Source: Vulcanimicrobiota bacterium
GTDB lineage: Bacteria; Vulcanimicrobiota; Vulcanimicrobiia; Vulcanimicrobiales; Vulcanimicrobiaceae
NCBI GenBank assembly: GCA_963833845.1
Contig: CAWHZL010000004.1
Location: 1,521 to 65,520, forward strand
DNA: 64,000 nt
Direction: 5' to 3'
This document shows positions 10,543 to 19,887 of the stretch, in pieces. Below the pieces are notes generated by a model. That model searched no databases and had not been told where the DNA came from. It saw nothing but the letters and a program-made list of their open reading frames with translations. The number at the start of each line of letters is the position of its first letter. Within the stretch, counting starts at the first letter, position 1. Both the position numbers and the translations under genes were made by a program.

Positions 10543-11034
10543 CTACCGGTAGTTGACGAACTGCAGCGGGATTTCGAATTCCATCGCGCGCAGCGAGGTG
10601 ATGACCTTCTGCAGATCGTCCTTGTTCTTGGCGAAGACGCGCACTTGCTCTTCCTGAAACTGGGCGTTTACTTTGAGCTTCAAGTCTTTGATGTGCGCGA
10701 TTAGCGTTCTGCTCTGATCCTTCGATATGCCGCTGCGCGGCGTGAGGACTTGGCGCACGGTGCTGCCGGCGGCCGGCTCGACTTCGCCGTACTCGAATGA
10801 TTTGAGATCGATGCCGCGCCGCACGGCCTTGGCTCCGAAGACGTCGACGACGTTGCGCATCTTGAGCTCGTCGTCGGAGATCAGCGTGATCTTCTTCCCG
10901 TCGTACTCGATGCTGGTCTTGCTGTTCTTGAAGTCGAAGCGGTTCTCGATCTCTTTGCGCGTCTGATTGAGCGCGTTATCGAGCTCCTGCTGCTCCACAC
11001 GCGAGACCACGTCGAACGAAGACTCGCTCGCCAA
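10543..11034 (-). CDS. yajQ: YajQ family nucleotide (c-di-GMP) binding protein
   Basis: 163 aa. SFDVVSRVEQQELDNALNQTRKEIENRFDFK is typical of UPF0234/YajQ. Confidence 0.9.
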   Translation of the reverse strand: MASESSFDVVSRVEQQELDNALNQTRKEIENRFDFKNSKTSIEYDGKKITLISDDELKMRNVVDVFGAKAVRRGIDLKSFEYGEVEPAAGSTVRQVLTPRSGISKDQSRTLIAHIKDLKLKVNAQFQEEQVRVFAKNKDDLQKVITSLRAMEFEIPLQFVNYR

Positions 11035-11046
11035 TCGTTACTCCTC

Positions 11047-11778
11047 TCAAAGGGTGAAGGTTTGCTCGACGACGTCCCCCGATTTCCCGAGCTTTCCACG
11101 GGCCTTACCGTCGATATAGATCTCTACGCCGCCGGCATTCCCGATGCGCACGAGCGCCGACTTTCCGTGGAACGTCTTCGACGTACCGGCCGGAAACGTT
11201 CCCTCCATGCTAACATTCCCGTCAACGGTGACCCGCAGCCACGAGGGAGCCGAGAGGGTGACGGCCAGCGAGTTGGCGCCCCCCAGCCCTGGCGCCGGAG
11301 TGGCGACCGGGCGCGGCGCGCCCGGCGCGGTAGAGGCGGCGAGCGCCGGCGTGGGGCTCGCGCTCGCCTCGACGGCGACCTCCCGGCGGTTCATCGTGAG
11401 TTCGTTGTAGACGACGAAGGCGACCAATAGCACGGCGATCGTTCCCGCGATCCAGAGCACGAGGCTGCTCCGCCAGGGCGCCGAGCCTCGCTCGGGCTCC
11501 CGGCCGGCCGGGGCACTCGAAGCCGGCGGCTCGGGCTGCGTACGGTTGAAGGCGGCAACCGCTTCCTCCGGATCGAGTCCGAGAAAGCGCGCGTAGGTGC
11601 GCAGAAAGCCGCGAACGTAGACCGGAGCGCCGATCGCCTTCCAGTTCTCCTCTTCGATGGCGGCCAAGTAGACCGAGCGAATTCGGACCTGCTCGCCGGC
11701 GTCGGAGAGCAAGAGCCCGCGGGCTTCGCGCGCGGCGCGAAACCGCTCGCCCAGATTTTCAGGTCCAGCGTCGCTCAT
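11047..11778 (-). CDS. rodZ: RodZ-like protein (XRE-type HTH, TM segment, DUF4115-like C-terminus)
   Basis: Start taken at internal ATG 11776..11778 (MSDAGPENLGERFRAAREARGL..); the longer track ORF is antisense to mnmA. TM helix LVLWIAGTIAVLLVAFVVY. C-terminus ..WLRVTVDG..VRIGNAGGVEIYIDG. Confidence 0.8.
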   Translation of the reverse strand: MSDAGPENLGERFRAAREARGLLLSDAGEQVRIRSVYLAAIEEENWKAIGAPVYVRGFLRTYARFLGLDPEEAVAAFNRTQPEPPASSAPAGREPERGSAPWRSSLVLWIAGTIAVLLVAFVVYNELTMNRREVAVEASASPTPALAASTAPGAPRPVATPAPGLGGANSLAVTLSAPSWLRVTVDGNVSMEGTFPAGTSKTFHGKSALVRIGNAGGVEIYIDGKARGKLGKSGDVVEQTFTL

Positions 11779-11826
11779 CGGTGACGTTTGAGTTGGCCCC
11801 ACCTTAGTGTTATCCTGTTCGTTTAG

Positions 11827-12900
11827 ATGGTCAAGGAACGCGTGGTTGCAGCGATGAGCGGGGGCGTGGATTCGGCCGTTGCTGCTGGTTTGCTGCTCGA
11901 AAGCGGGTACGACGTCGTGGGCATAACGATGCGGATGTACGCGCCGTCGCGTCCCGCCCACGCGAAAAGCTGCTGCGGCAGCAGCGATTTCGACGACGCG
12001 CGTCGCAGCGCGGCCATGCTCGGCATTCCGCACTACGTGCTCGATTTTGAAGAAGCGTTTCGGCGCACCGTGATCGAGCGTTTCGTCGGCGACTACGCTG
12101 CGGGGCGAACGCCGAACCCGTGCGTCTCGTGCAACAACTTCGTCAAGCTCGGAACGTTGGCACGATATGCCGACCGTTTGGACGCGCGCTACGTTGCGAC
12201 CGGCCACTACGCGCGAATCGAACGGCGAGCCGACGGCGCGCATCTCTTCCGCAGTCCCAGCTCGAAGGATCAGGCCTACGCGCTCGCGCAGCTCGCGCCC
12301 GCGCAACTCGAGCGCTTGCTTCTACCGTTGGGTGATTTCGACAAAGCGGCGACCCGCGCGCACGCGCGCCGCTTCGATTTGCCCGTGCACGATAAGACCG
12401 AATCGCAAGACGTCTGCTTTGCGGAAGGGCGCAGCTACCGCGAAGTCGTTACGCGCCTGCGTCCGGATCTGCGCGCCGGCGGCGCCGTCGTCGGGACCAG
12501 CGGCGAGCGGGTCGGCAGCCACGCCGGCATCGCCAACTACACGATTGGCCAGCGCGCGCTCGTGCCGGCGAGCAGCGACGGGCCGCGCTACGTTACGCGC
12601 ATCGATCCGGCGACCAACACGATCGTCGTCGGCCGCGAGGACGAGCTGCTCTCCAACGAGCTGCGGGCCGGCGAGATCAACCTGATTCGGCCGGAGCGCT
12701 TCGACGGCGAGAACGAGGTGCCGGTGCGGGCGATGATCCGCTACCGGGCGACGCCCGCACGTGCGCAGGCTTCAATCGATCGCGAGGGTTTGCTGAGAGT
12801 GCGCTTCGGCGAAGCACAGCGGGCCGTTTCGCCGGGTCAGTTGGTCGCGCTGCTCGATGTCGAGACGGACGAAGTGCTCGGCGGAGCGACGATTATTTAA
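11827..12900 (+). CDS. mnmA: tRNA 2-thiouridine(34) synthase MnmA
   Basis: PP-loop [13 protein letters not shown]; NPCVSCN; full length of 357 aa. Confidence 0.95.
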   Translation: MVKERVVAAMSGGVDSAVAAGLLLESGYDVVGITMRMYAPSRPAHAKSCCGSSDFDDARRSAAMLGIPHYVLDFEEAFRRTVIERFVGDYAAGRTPNPCVSCNNFVKLGTLARYADRLDARYVATGHYARIERRADGAHLFRSPSSKDQAYALAQLAPAQLERLLLPLGDFDKAATRAHARRFDLPVHDKTESQDVCFAEGRSYREVVTRLRPDLRAGGAVVGTSGERVGSHAGIANYTIGQRALVPASSDGPRYVTRIDPATNTIVVGREDELLSNELRAGEINLIRPERFDGENEVPVRAMIRYRATPARAQASIDREGLLRVRFGEAQRAVSPGQLVALLDVETDEVLGGATII

Positions 12901-12912
12901 CGCAGCGGCGGG

Positions 12913-14001
12913 CTAGGATGCCGTTGCGAGCGCGAGATCGTTGCGCAGATTCCAATACGTGTCGCGAACGACGGGGCGGAAACCAGCGCCGATGATAACG
13001 TTCTCGATGTCGCGCCGCGTCGCTTCGTTGGTGCTGCCGGCATCGTGGACGACCTGCTCCTCGATGATCGTGCCGCCCATGTCGTCGCACCCATAGAAAA
13101 GCGCGAGCTGCCCCATCTTGAGGCCAGGCGTGAGCCACGATGCCTGCAGGTGCGGGAAATTGTCGAGGTACAGCCGCGAGATCGCGAGCACGCGCAGATA
13201 CTCGAGACCGGTCGATTCTTTGCCGCGCAGCGGCGTCTTGAACGGAACGTAGTACCACGGAATGAAAGCCGTGAAGCCGCCGGTCTCGTCTTGCAGATCG
13301 CGCAGCACGTGCAGGTGCTCGATGCGCTCCGCCGGGGTCTCGATCGAGCCGAACATCATCGTGGCCGTGGTCGGCATCCCGAGCAGTTGCGCGTCGCGCA
13401 TGACTCCGAGCCACTCGTCCGGCTTGACCTTGCGGGCCGAGATCCGCTTACGAACCCGCTCGACGAGAATCTCGGCGCCCGCGCCCGGCAGCGACTTCAT
13501 GCCGGCGTCTTTGAGCCGGGCGAGCACGTCGCGCGTCGAGATACCCTCGACGTGCGCCAGCCCGACGATCTCGGAGACCGAGAGCGAGTGGATGTCGGCC
13601 TGCGGGTACTCGCGGCGAACGCGATCGAAAAGCTCTTCGAACCAGGAGATGCCGAGCTCGGGGTTCACGCCGCCTTGAATCATAATCTGCGTCGCGCCCT
13701 GGTCGACCGCGTATTTAACGCGTTCCAGCACCTTGTCGTGCGACATCGTGTAGCCTTCTTTGTGCTGTTCGGGCCGGAAGAACGCGCAGAAGGTGCAGTG
13801 CACGTTGCAGACGTTGGTGTAGTTGATCGTCGTATCGACGACGTAGGTGACGATCTCGGGCGAATACATCGCCATGCGCCGCGCGTGCGCGGCCGCTCCG
13901 AGATCGTGAAGATCGGCTTCATTGTAGAGGCGCACGCCTTCGTCGAACGAGAGCCGGCCGCCGGAGGCGGCGCGGTCGAGTAGACTAGCGAGTCCCGGCA
14001 C
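12913..14001 (-). CDS. mqnC: futalosine-pathway radical SAM enzyme, probably cyclic dehypoxanthinyl futalosine synthase (MqnC-like)
   Basis: Radical-SAM CNVHCTFC. GATQIMIQGG, TATMMFG, GGFTAFIPW. Adjacent to mqnA. The MqnC versus MqnE call rests only on remembered family motifs. Confidence 0.6.
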   Translation of the reverse strand: MPGLASLLDRAASGGRLSFDEGVRLYNEADLHDLGAAAHARRMAMYSPEIVTYVVDTTINYTNVCNVHCTFCAFFRPEQHKEGYTMSHDKVLERVKYAVDQGATQIMIQGGVNPELGISWFEELFDRVRREYPQADIHSLSVSEIVGLAHVEGISTRDVLARLKDAGMKSLPGAGAEILVERVRKRISARKVKPDEWLGVMRDAQLLGMPTTATMMFGSIETPAERIEHLHVLRDLQDETGGFTAFIPWYYVPFKTPLRGKESTGLEYLRVLAISRLYLDNFPHLQASWLTPGLKMGQLALFYGCDDMGGTIIEEQVVHDAGSTNEATRRDIENVIIGAGFRPVVRDTYWNLRNDLALATAS

Positions 14002-14821
14002 CGGCTACCTCCTCGAATCGCTCCGGTAGCGACGGGATCGCCCCGATCTCCAACAGCTCGCGGCAGTAGGCGCCCAAACCGTTCTGCGCCGCGACGTGGA
14101 GCATGAAGTTCAGCTTACCGTAATAGTGCTCGTAGAAGCCGGCCGGTCGCGCAATCGCGCGTTGCGCCAGCGCCACGACGTCGGCGAAGTGCGCACGCGA
14201 CCACGTATACGAATCGGTGAGCGCGTGCATGCAGCCGGCGATTGCCGCGGGCTCGCGCTCGAAGACGTCGCGGCGCGCCGCCCAGACGGCAAAGACCGTC
14301 TGCTGGCCGGTCCATTCGTGCCACAGGCGCCCGAGATCGTAGACGTGCTCGGCGGGAAAACGTTCGATCGCATCGATCGCCTGATCGCCGATCAGCAGCG
14401 TCGGGTCGCCGCCGCGGGCGCGCTGCAGTGGATCGGGTTCGGGAAAATAGCGCGGACTCAAACCGAAGCGGCGCTCGAGCAGGACGCGCAGCAGATTGCG
14501 CCCGCTGGCCGACTCCTCGGAGACGTAGACCGGACCGCCGTCGATCGCCGAAGGTGGAACCGGCGAGACGAGCACGACCGAGACGACTTCGTCGCGCGCG
14601 CCAATGCAGAGATCGGGCAACAAGACGAGCTGCCGCCAGTTCGCCGCCCACGTAAATGCGGAAATCGGGCTCAGATCGAGATCGCCTTGGAGCAACATCG
14701 CGTTGAGTCGCGCGGGCACGTCGGCGTGCAGCGTTCCCGGATAGGCGATAATGCCGGCATCGAATGCCGCGTAGACCGGCAGATCGTTGGTGTATTTGAT
14801 TCTGCCGCAGCGAAGGGTCAT
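13985..14821 (-). CDS. mqnA: chorismate dehydratase MqnA (VitK2_biosynth family)
   Basis: GRIKYTNDLP, GDLDLSPIS, VVSVVLVS, LLIGDQAI, YDLGRLWHEWTG. Start placed at ATG 14819..14821, 5 nt after the upstream stop. Confidence 0.8.
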   Translation of the reverse strand: MTLRCGRIKYTNDLPVYAAFDAGIIAYPGTLHADVPARLNAMLLQGDLDLSPISAFTWAANWRQLVLLPDLCIGARDEVVSVVLVSPVPPSAIDGGPVYVSEESASGRNLLRVLLERRFGLSPRYFPEPDPLQRARGGDPTLLIGDQAIDAIERFPAEHVYDLGRLWHEWTGQQTVFAVWAARRDVFEREPAAIAGCMHALTDSYTWSRAHFADVVALAQRAIARPAGFYEHYYGKLNFMLHVAAQNGLGAYCRELLEIGAIPSLPERFEEVAGAGTR

Positions 14822-14826
14822 CGCGC

Positions 14827-15966
14827 TCAGGATGACACCAACACGGCGGTGGCGGGCGGGGTCCAATCCCAGGGGAACTCTTCGTAGGTCGAGTTGCGCC
14901 GTACCGGCGTGTAGCCGGCCTCTTCGATTAAACGGCGGAACTCGCGGTCGTCAACGTACTGGCCCGATTGCGTGCCGGCCGAGTGGTAGATCATCTCCTC
15001 GTCGGTCGAGCCGTGCGTGCCGTCCATATCGTCGGCACCGAATTGCAGCGCGACCTGGCAGACCTTCAAGCCTTGAATCATCCAGTATGCCTTGATGTGA
15101 TCGAAGTTGTGCAGCATCAGGCGCGCGACGGCGAAGGTGCGTATGTCGTCGAGGCCGGTCGTCCACCCGCAATACGACAGTTCGTTTCCGTCGGGATGAA
15201 ATGCGAGCGGAATGAACGCGTTAAAGCCCGGCGAACGGTCTTGCGACTCGCGCAGCCGGATCATGTGGTCAACCCGGTCCTGCAGCGACTCGATGTGGCC
15301 GTAGAGCATCGTCGCGTTGCTGGCGACGCCTTGGCGGTGCAGCTCCTCGTGAAGCGCGAGCCAGTTCGCCGCCGAGACCTTGTTCGGACAGATTTTGGCG
15401 CGAGTCTCTTCGGCGAAGATCTCGGCGGCGCCGCCGTTGACGTTATCGAGCCCGGCCGCTTTGAGCTCGGCGACGATCTGCGGAAAGGTCATGCGGTGGC
15501 GCTTGGACATGTACTCGATTTCAGCGGCGGTGAAGAGCGAGAGCTGTACGTGCGGCAGTGCTGCCTTGAAGCGACGCATCAGCGGCAGCCAGTAATCGAG
15601 CGAGAGCTGCCGCGGATCGTGTCCGCCGACGATGTGAATCTGATTGAAGTTCGGCCCGGTCTCCATCGCCTTGGCGAAGACCTGATCGGCCGTCATGCGA
15701 AAGACGCGATGCGCTTCCTTGAACTCGTCGGCGGCAAACGAACAGAAGGTGCAGCCCGCATAGCAGACGTTGGTCGAGTTGATGTACCGATTGAGAACGT
15801 AAAAAACGTTCTTGCCGCTCTTGCGTTCTTTTTGCCGGCGAGCGAGGCGCCCGAGCGAATGAATATCCCCGGTGCGATAGAGTGCGAGCCCATCTTCCAT
15901 CGAAAGCGGAATGGCCGCATCGAGCTTGCGCTCGATTTCCACCATGATCGGGTCCGCGTACGTCAT
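14827..15966 (-). CDS. mqnE: futalosine-pathway radical SAM enzyme, probably aminofutalosine synthase (MqnE-like)
   Basis: CYAGCTFC, IHIVGGHDP, NATMLYGHIES, FNAFIPLAF. Start at internal ATG 15964..15966 (MTYADPIM..). Confidence 0.6.
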   Translation of the reverse strand: MTYADPIMVEIERKLDAAIPLSMEDGLALYRTGDIHSLGRLARRQKERKSGKNVFYVLNRYINSTNVCYAGCTFCSFAADEFKEAHRVFRMTADQVFAKAMETGPNFNQIHIVGGHDPRQLSLDYWLPLMRRFKAALPHVQLSLFTAAEIEYMSKRHRMTFPQIVAELKAAGLDNVNGGAAEIFAEETRAKICPNKVSAANWLALHEELHRQGVASNATMLYGHIESLQDRVDHMIRLRESQDRSPGFNAFIPLAFHPDGNELSYCGWTTGLDDIRTFAVARLMLHNFDHIKAYWMIQGLKVCQVALQFGADDMDGTHGSTDEEMIYHSAGTQSGQYVDDREFRRLIEEAGYTPVRRNSTYEEFPWDWTPPATAVLVSS

Positions 15967-15973
15967 CGCCACC

Positions 15974-16627
15974 CTATTCTGCCGCGCCGGAGAACCGACC
16001 CCCAACCCGGCCGAACGCGCCGCCCGCCAGCACGCCCAGCGCAAGGCAGCCGACGACGATGCCGAGCAGCGCGCCGCCGAGCAAGTCCGTGATGTAGTGC
16101 GCGCCCAGCGCTACCCTCGACCAGCAGATTCCCACGGCCAGGAGCACGAGCAGCGCGCCTGCGACATTTCGCGTCGTCTTGGGCAGATCGGAAGCAAAGA
16201 TCATCAACGCTAAGAGCGCGTAGAACCCGGTGGCGATCGCGGCGTGCGAGCTCGGATACGAGAACGTCGCTTCGTGCTTGACGACCCACTCGAGCGGCCG
16301 ATGGCGAGCGAACACGTGCTGGAAGTAATCGGCGGCGCGCCACGAGATCAGCAGAGAAACGACGCTGAGAATCAGCCGAACCCTCCATTGCGGGTAACGC
16401 CAGGCTAGGAACAAGACGACGATGCAGATCGGGATCAGGGCCCCAGGGTAGCAGGCCCAGGTCAGCAACCATGCGACAAGAGTCGAATGGTCGAAGAGCG
16501 ACTGCTCCCACGGCACGAAGATAGCCGGCTCGCCATTCGCGACGACCGAGCCGCCGAGCTCGACGAATGCGCCAAAAGCCACAAGGGCGAGGGCGAAGCA
16601 GAGCGCCACGATCGACAGACGGGTCAC
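15974..16627 (-). CDS. PAP2 family phosphatase (membrane)
   Basis: Multiple TM helices. PAP2 motifs SYPSSHAA and SRVALGAHYITD. Confidence 0.85.
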   Translation of the reverse strand: MTRLSIVALCFALALVAFGAFVELGGSVVANGEPAIFVPWEQSLFDHSTLVAWLLTWACYPGALIPICIVVLFLAWRYPQWRVRLILSVVSLLISWRAADYFQHVFARHRPLEWVVKHEATFSYPSSHAAIATGFYALLALMIFASDLPKTTRNVAGALLVLLAVGICWSRVALGAHYITDLLGGALLGIVVGCLALGVLAGGAFGRVGGRFSGAAE

Positions 16628-16628
16628 G

Positions 16629-18764
16629 CTACTCTCCGCTCGCGAAGAGATCTTGTTGCGCGTCTTGCCCGCGCCCTAAACGCGGCGCCATGATCTCCAA
16701 TTCCGGCAAGCCGACGAGAATCTTTCGGGGCTTGGTTCCTTCGTGCTGTCCGACGACCTTGAAGTCTTCGAGCTGCTTCATCAAGCGCACCGCGCGAGGA
16801 TGGCCGATCGAGAACTGCGACTGCAGCGCGGCCGTCGACGCATAGTTCGTCTCGATGAGGAACTTCGCGGCTTCGTAGCAGAGCGGGTCGGAATCTTTGC
16901 GCGAGTCCTCGTCGCCGACCGGAACGACTTCGACGTCGAGCAGGTTATCGGGACGCGATTGACGCGCCCAGAACTCGACGAGGCGATTGACCTCGGAGCC
17001 CGTGATCAGCGCTCCTTGCGCGCGAATCGGCTTCGGCGCGTCGATCGGGAGGTAGAGCATGTCGCCGCGTCCGAGGAGCCGCTCCGCGCCCCCCATGTCG
17101 AGGACGACGCGTGAATCCGTCTGCGAGCTCACCGCGAAGGCGATGCGCGATGGAATGTTCGCCTTGATCAAACCCGTGATGACGTCGACCGAAGGACGCT
17201 GCGTCGCCACGACGAGATGGATTCCGGTGGCGCGCGCGAGCTGTGCGAGGCGCATGATCGTCGTCTCCACCTTGCTCGGTGCCACGAGCATCAGATCGGC
17301 GAGCTCATCGATCGCCACGACGACGTAGGGAAGGTGCTCGTCGGGATACTTCGCGTTGTACTCCTCGATCTTGCGGACGCCCGCTTTGGCAAACCGCTCG
17401 TAGCGGACGTCCATCTCCTTGGTCATCTCGAAGAGCGCGCCGGCGGCCAGGCGCGGATCGGCGATCACGTCCTTTATGAGATGCGGAATGCCGTTGTACG
17501 AGGTGAGCTCGACGCGCTTGGGATCGATCATCAGCAGCTGCACTTGATCGGGCGTCGCGCTGACCAGCAACGAGGCGATGATCGTGTTCAAGCAGACCGA
17601 TTTGCCGGCGCCCGTCGCCCCGGCGATGAGAAGGTGCGGCATCTTGCCGAGATCGCCGAAGACCGGGCGGCCGGTGATATCTTTGCCCAACGCCATCCAG
17701 AGCGGTGGGACTTGGCCGCGATTCGGCAGCGCTTCGAGGATCTCGCGAATCGCGACGACCGAAACCGTCTTGTTCGGAACTTCGATACCGATCGCCGATT
17801 TGCCGGGAATCGGCGCTTCGATGCGCACCGTTGTCGCCGCTAGCGCGAGCGCGAGATCGTCGGCGAGCGACGAGATGCGCGAAATCTTGACGCCGCGTTC
17901 GGGCTTGAGCTCGTAGCGCGTAATCGACGGGCCGCGCTCGATGTGCACGACCTTCGCGCCGACCCCGAAGCTCGCAAGCGTATCTTCGAGCACGTGCGAA
18001 CGGCTCGATTCGTCAACGTGCTCGCTCGGCGGCACGTCAAAGATCGCTAGATCCGGCAGCCGGTACCGCTTGGTCCCAGCATACGACGCTCGCGCGATAG
18101 GGGCCGGGTTCGAAGGACGCTCGTCCTCGACTTCCTCCTCTTCCTCTTCCTCATCCTCTTCGTCTTCGGGCTCTTCGATCTCGTCGAGAACGGCGGGAAC
18201 GGAGACGACCGGCGCGCGCTTCAACTCGACGGTTTCGCGCTTGGGTTTGGGGAGGCGCGGCGGCAGTTTGAGTTTACCGATCCAGAGAACGAGCATGCCG
18301 ATTATCCGCTTCAAGCTCGCGTTGGTAAGCCAGAGGAAGAGCGAGAGCGCCGCGACACTGAGCACGATCGTCGCACCGGCATTGCCGACCAGCGAGCGCA
18401 ACGCCCACCAGATGTCGTCGCCGACGATCCCGCCCGGCTTGCCGCCGGGGACGCCGAAGAACGCGGTGATGATCAGGAAATAGGCGAGCGCGCTCGTCCC
18501 GAGCGTCGCGACCATGCGCGGAACGTTAATTTCAAGGAAGACGATCGCGCCCACGAACGCCACGAGGGCCGGAAAGAGGCCGGCCGAGTCGCCAAAGAGG
18601 TAGCGAAGGCCGTTGGAGGTCCAGCTTCCGATGCTGCCCGAGTGGTGCGGGAAAGCCAAAGCGATGCCGCAGAGAACGGCGACTGCTATCGCGGCGATTC
18701 CTACGATCTCGAGATTGAGCCGGTTCCTCGCATTCGCCCGGCGGCGAGAGCGCGCCATGGGCAC
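16629..18764 (-). CDS. ftsK: DNA translocase FtsK/SpoIIIE
   Basis: N-terminal TM helices, acidic linker (EEPEDEEDEEEEEEE), Walker A GATGAGKS, C-terminal gamma-like domain (LQSQFSIGHPRAVRLMKQLE). Confidence 0.95.
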   Translation of the reverse strand: MPMARSRRRANARNRLNLEIVGIAAIAVAVLCGIALAFPHHSGSIGSWTSNGLRYLFGDSAGLFPALVAFVGAIVFLEINVPRMVATLGTSALAYFLIITAFFGVPGGKPGGIVGDDIWWALRSLVGNAGATIVLSVAALSLFLWLTNASLKRIIGMLVLWIGKLKLPPRLPKPKRETVELKRAPVVSVPAVLDEIEEPEDEEDEEEEEEEVEDERPSNPAPIARASYAGTKRYRLPDLAIFDVPPSEHVDESSRSHVLEDTLASFGVGAKVVHIERGPSITRYELKPERGVKISRISSLADDLALALAATTVRIEAPIPGKSAIGIEVPNKTVSVVAIREILEALPNRGQVPPLWMALGKDITGRPVFGDLGKMPHLLIAGATGAGKSVCLNTIIASLLVSATPDQVQLLMIDPKRVELTSYNGIPHLIKDVIADPRLAAGALFEMTKEMDVRYERFAKAGVRKIEEYNAKYPDEHLPYVVVAIDELADLMLVAPSKVETTIMRLAQLARATGIHLVVATQRPSVDVITGLIKANIPSRIAFAVSSQTDSRVVLDMGGAERLLGRGDMLYLPIDAPKPIRAQGALITGSEVNRLVEFWARQSRPDNLLDVEVVPVGDEDSRKDSDPLCYEAAKFLIETNYASTAALQSQFSIGHPRAVRLMKQLEDFKVVGQHEGTKPRKILVGLPELEIMAPRLGRGQDAQQDLFASGE

Positions 18765-18811
18765 TACCTCTTCTTCGTCACCACCTCAGGTCATTTTGTG
18801 CGCTCGCCGTT

Positions 18812-19798
18812 TTACGGCCCGTCGGCGCAAGCGTGGTACTTATTCGAATACATCGGCTGTATGCTGTAGAGCGTTGGGCCGACCTCGATCTTCCATTGAA
18901 GCGCTTCGCACAGGTCGGCCACCTCGTCGTCGTAGGTAAAGTTGAACCACGCGAATGCCGGTCCCGGATCGGTGATCGACTCGAAGATCTCGTGGCCCAG
19001 GGTCGAGGCCGTCGAATTGGTCAGAGAACTCGCTCCCGAGGAGGCCCGCGAGGCGCAGAAATCGACCTTTTGATACGGCTCGATCGAGGCGACGACGTGC
19101 TGCGGAACGTCGGAGAACTTGACGACCTCATGGTACGCGCAGAACCGATTGGTCGACGGATGGTCGGGCGAATAGCACGAGCGGGACCGGTCGAAGCACG
19201 TGTCGGAGCCCTTCGGCAAAAAGACGTGATACACGTTCGTGTAACCCGCAAGTTTGCCGTTCTCAACCAGCGCCGCGTGGAGCACCGCCAGCAAGTCGTT
19301 GCGGTAGAACAGCTTGGTGAAGGTGTGGTACTTCACGCTGAATGCACCCCCGAACGTGTAGCCGCTCGGCGCCGAATCGGTGTACTGTTTGAGCAGCGCC
19401 GTAAAGCGGCTTCCGGTCAGATTCTTCTCGAAGCCTTCCGGATCGCCCCAACAGCTCTCGCCGCCGGTCTTGCAGTTCACGTAGATGTTGAACGACGTGG
19501 CGGTCGTCATGATCGGCCCCTTCTTGCGGACCAGGTCGCCCGGATACTGGATCCTCGTGTCGCCCTCGGCTTGCGCGAACGGCAAGCGCGATCGCGAACG
19601 CAGGCGCATCAGATGGTACGACAAGACCTTAGCGTTGCGCGCGCCATCAACATCGGTCGCGGCGACGTCGAGCTCGCGCGCGCCCGCCGCGTCCTGCGCC
19701 GGCACCGCCGGCAGCGAGGGTTGACTCGGAATGGCGCACCCGGCGGCGATCAGGCTAAAACCAATTGCGATGGCGACTCTTACCGGAAAAAATTGCAT
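18812..19798 (-). CDS. hypothetical secreted lipoprotein with Cys pairs and a GHEIFESITDP motif
   Basis: Start at ATG 19796..19798 (MQFFPVRVAIAIGFSLIAAGC lipobox). Ordinary coding composition. No family recognised with confidence. Confidence 0.65.
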   Translation of the reverse strand: MQFFPVRVAIAIGFSLIAAGCAIPSQPSLPAVPAQDAAGARELDVAATDVDGARNAKVLSYHLMRLRSRSRLPFAQAEGDTRIQYPGDLVRKKGPIMTTATSFNIYVNCKTGGESCWGDPEGFEKNLTGSRFTALLKQYTDSAPSGYTFGGAFSVKYHTFTKLFYRNDLLAVLHAALVENGKLAGYTNVYHVFLPKGSDTCFDRSRSCYSPDHPSTNRFCAYHEVVKFSDVPQHVVASIEPYQKVDFCASRASSGASSLTNSTASTLGHEIFESITDPGPAFAWFNFTYDDEVADLCEALQWKIEVGPTLYSIQPMYSNKYHACADGP

Positions 19799-19887
19799 GG
19801 CGACTCCTCCCGCTCGTATAGTTGCGCGAGCCCGCACTCCTATCCTCATAGGAACGGCCACCGCGCGCGAGAAGCCGACGGTTTACT

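Noticed and set aside
11779-12306. 176-codon N-terminal extension of the RodZ-like ORF.
   Set aside because: The extension is antisense to mnmA and Arg/Ala-rich. Homology begins at the internal ATG 11778.
18120-18180. Short tandem GAA/GAG repeats (and the 6060..6185 repeats) as possible CRISPR-like or intergenic arrays.
   Set aside because: Both lie inside ORFs and are in frame: the acidic linker of FtsK and the PT linker of a lipoprotein. There is no spacer/repeat architecture.
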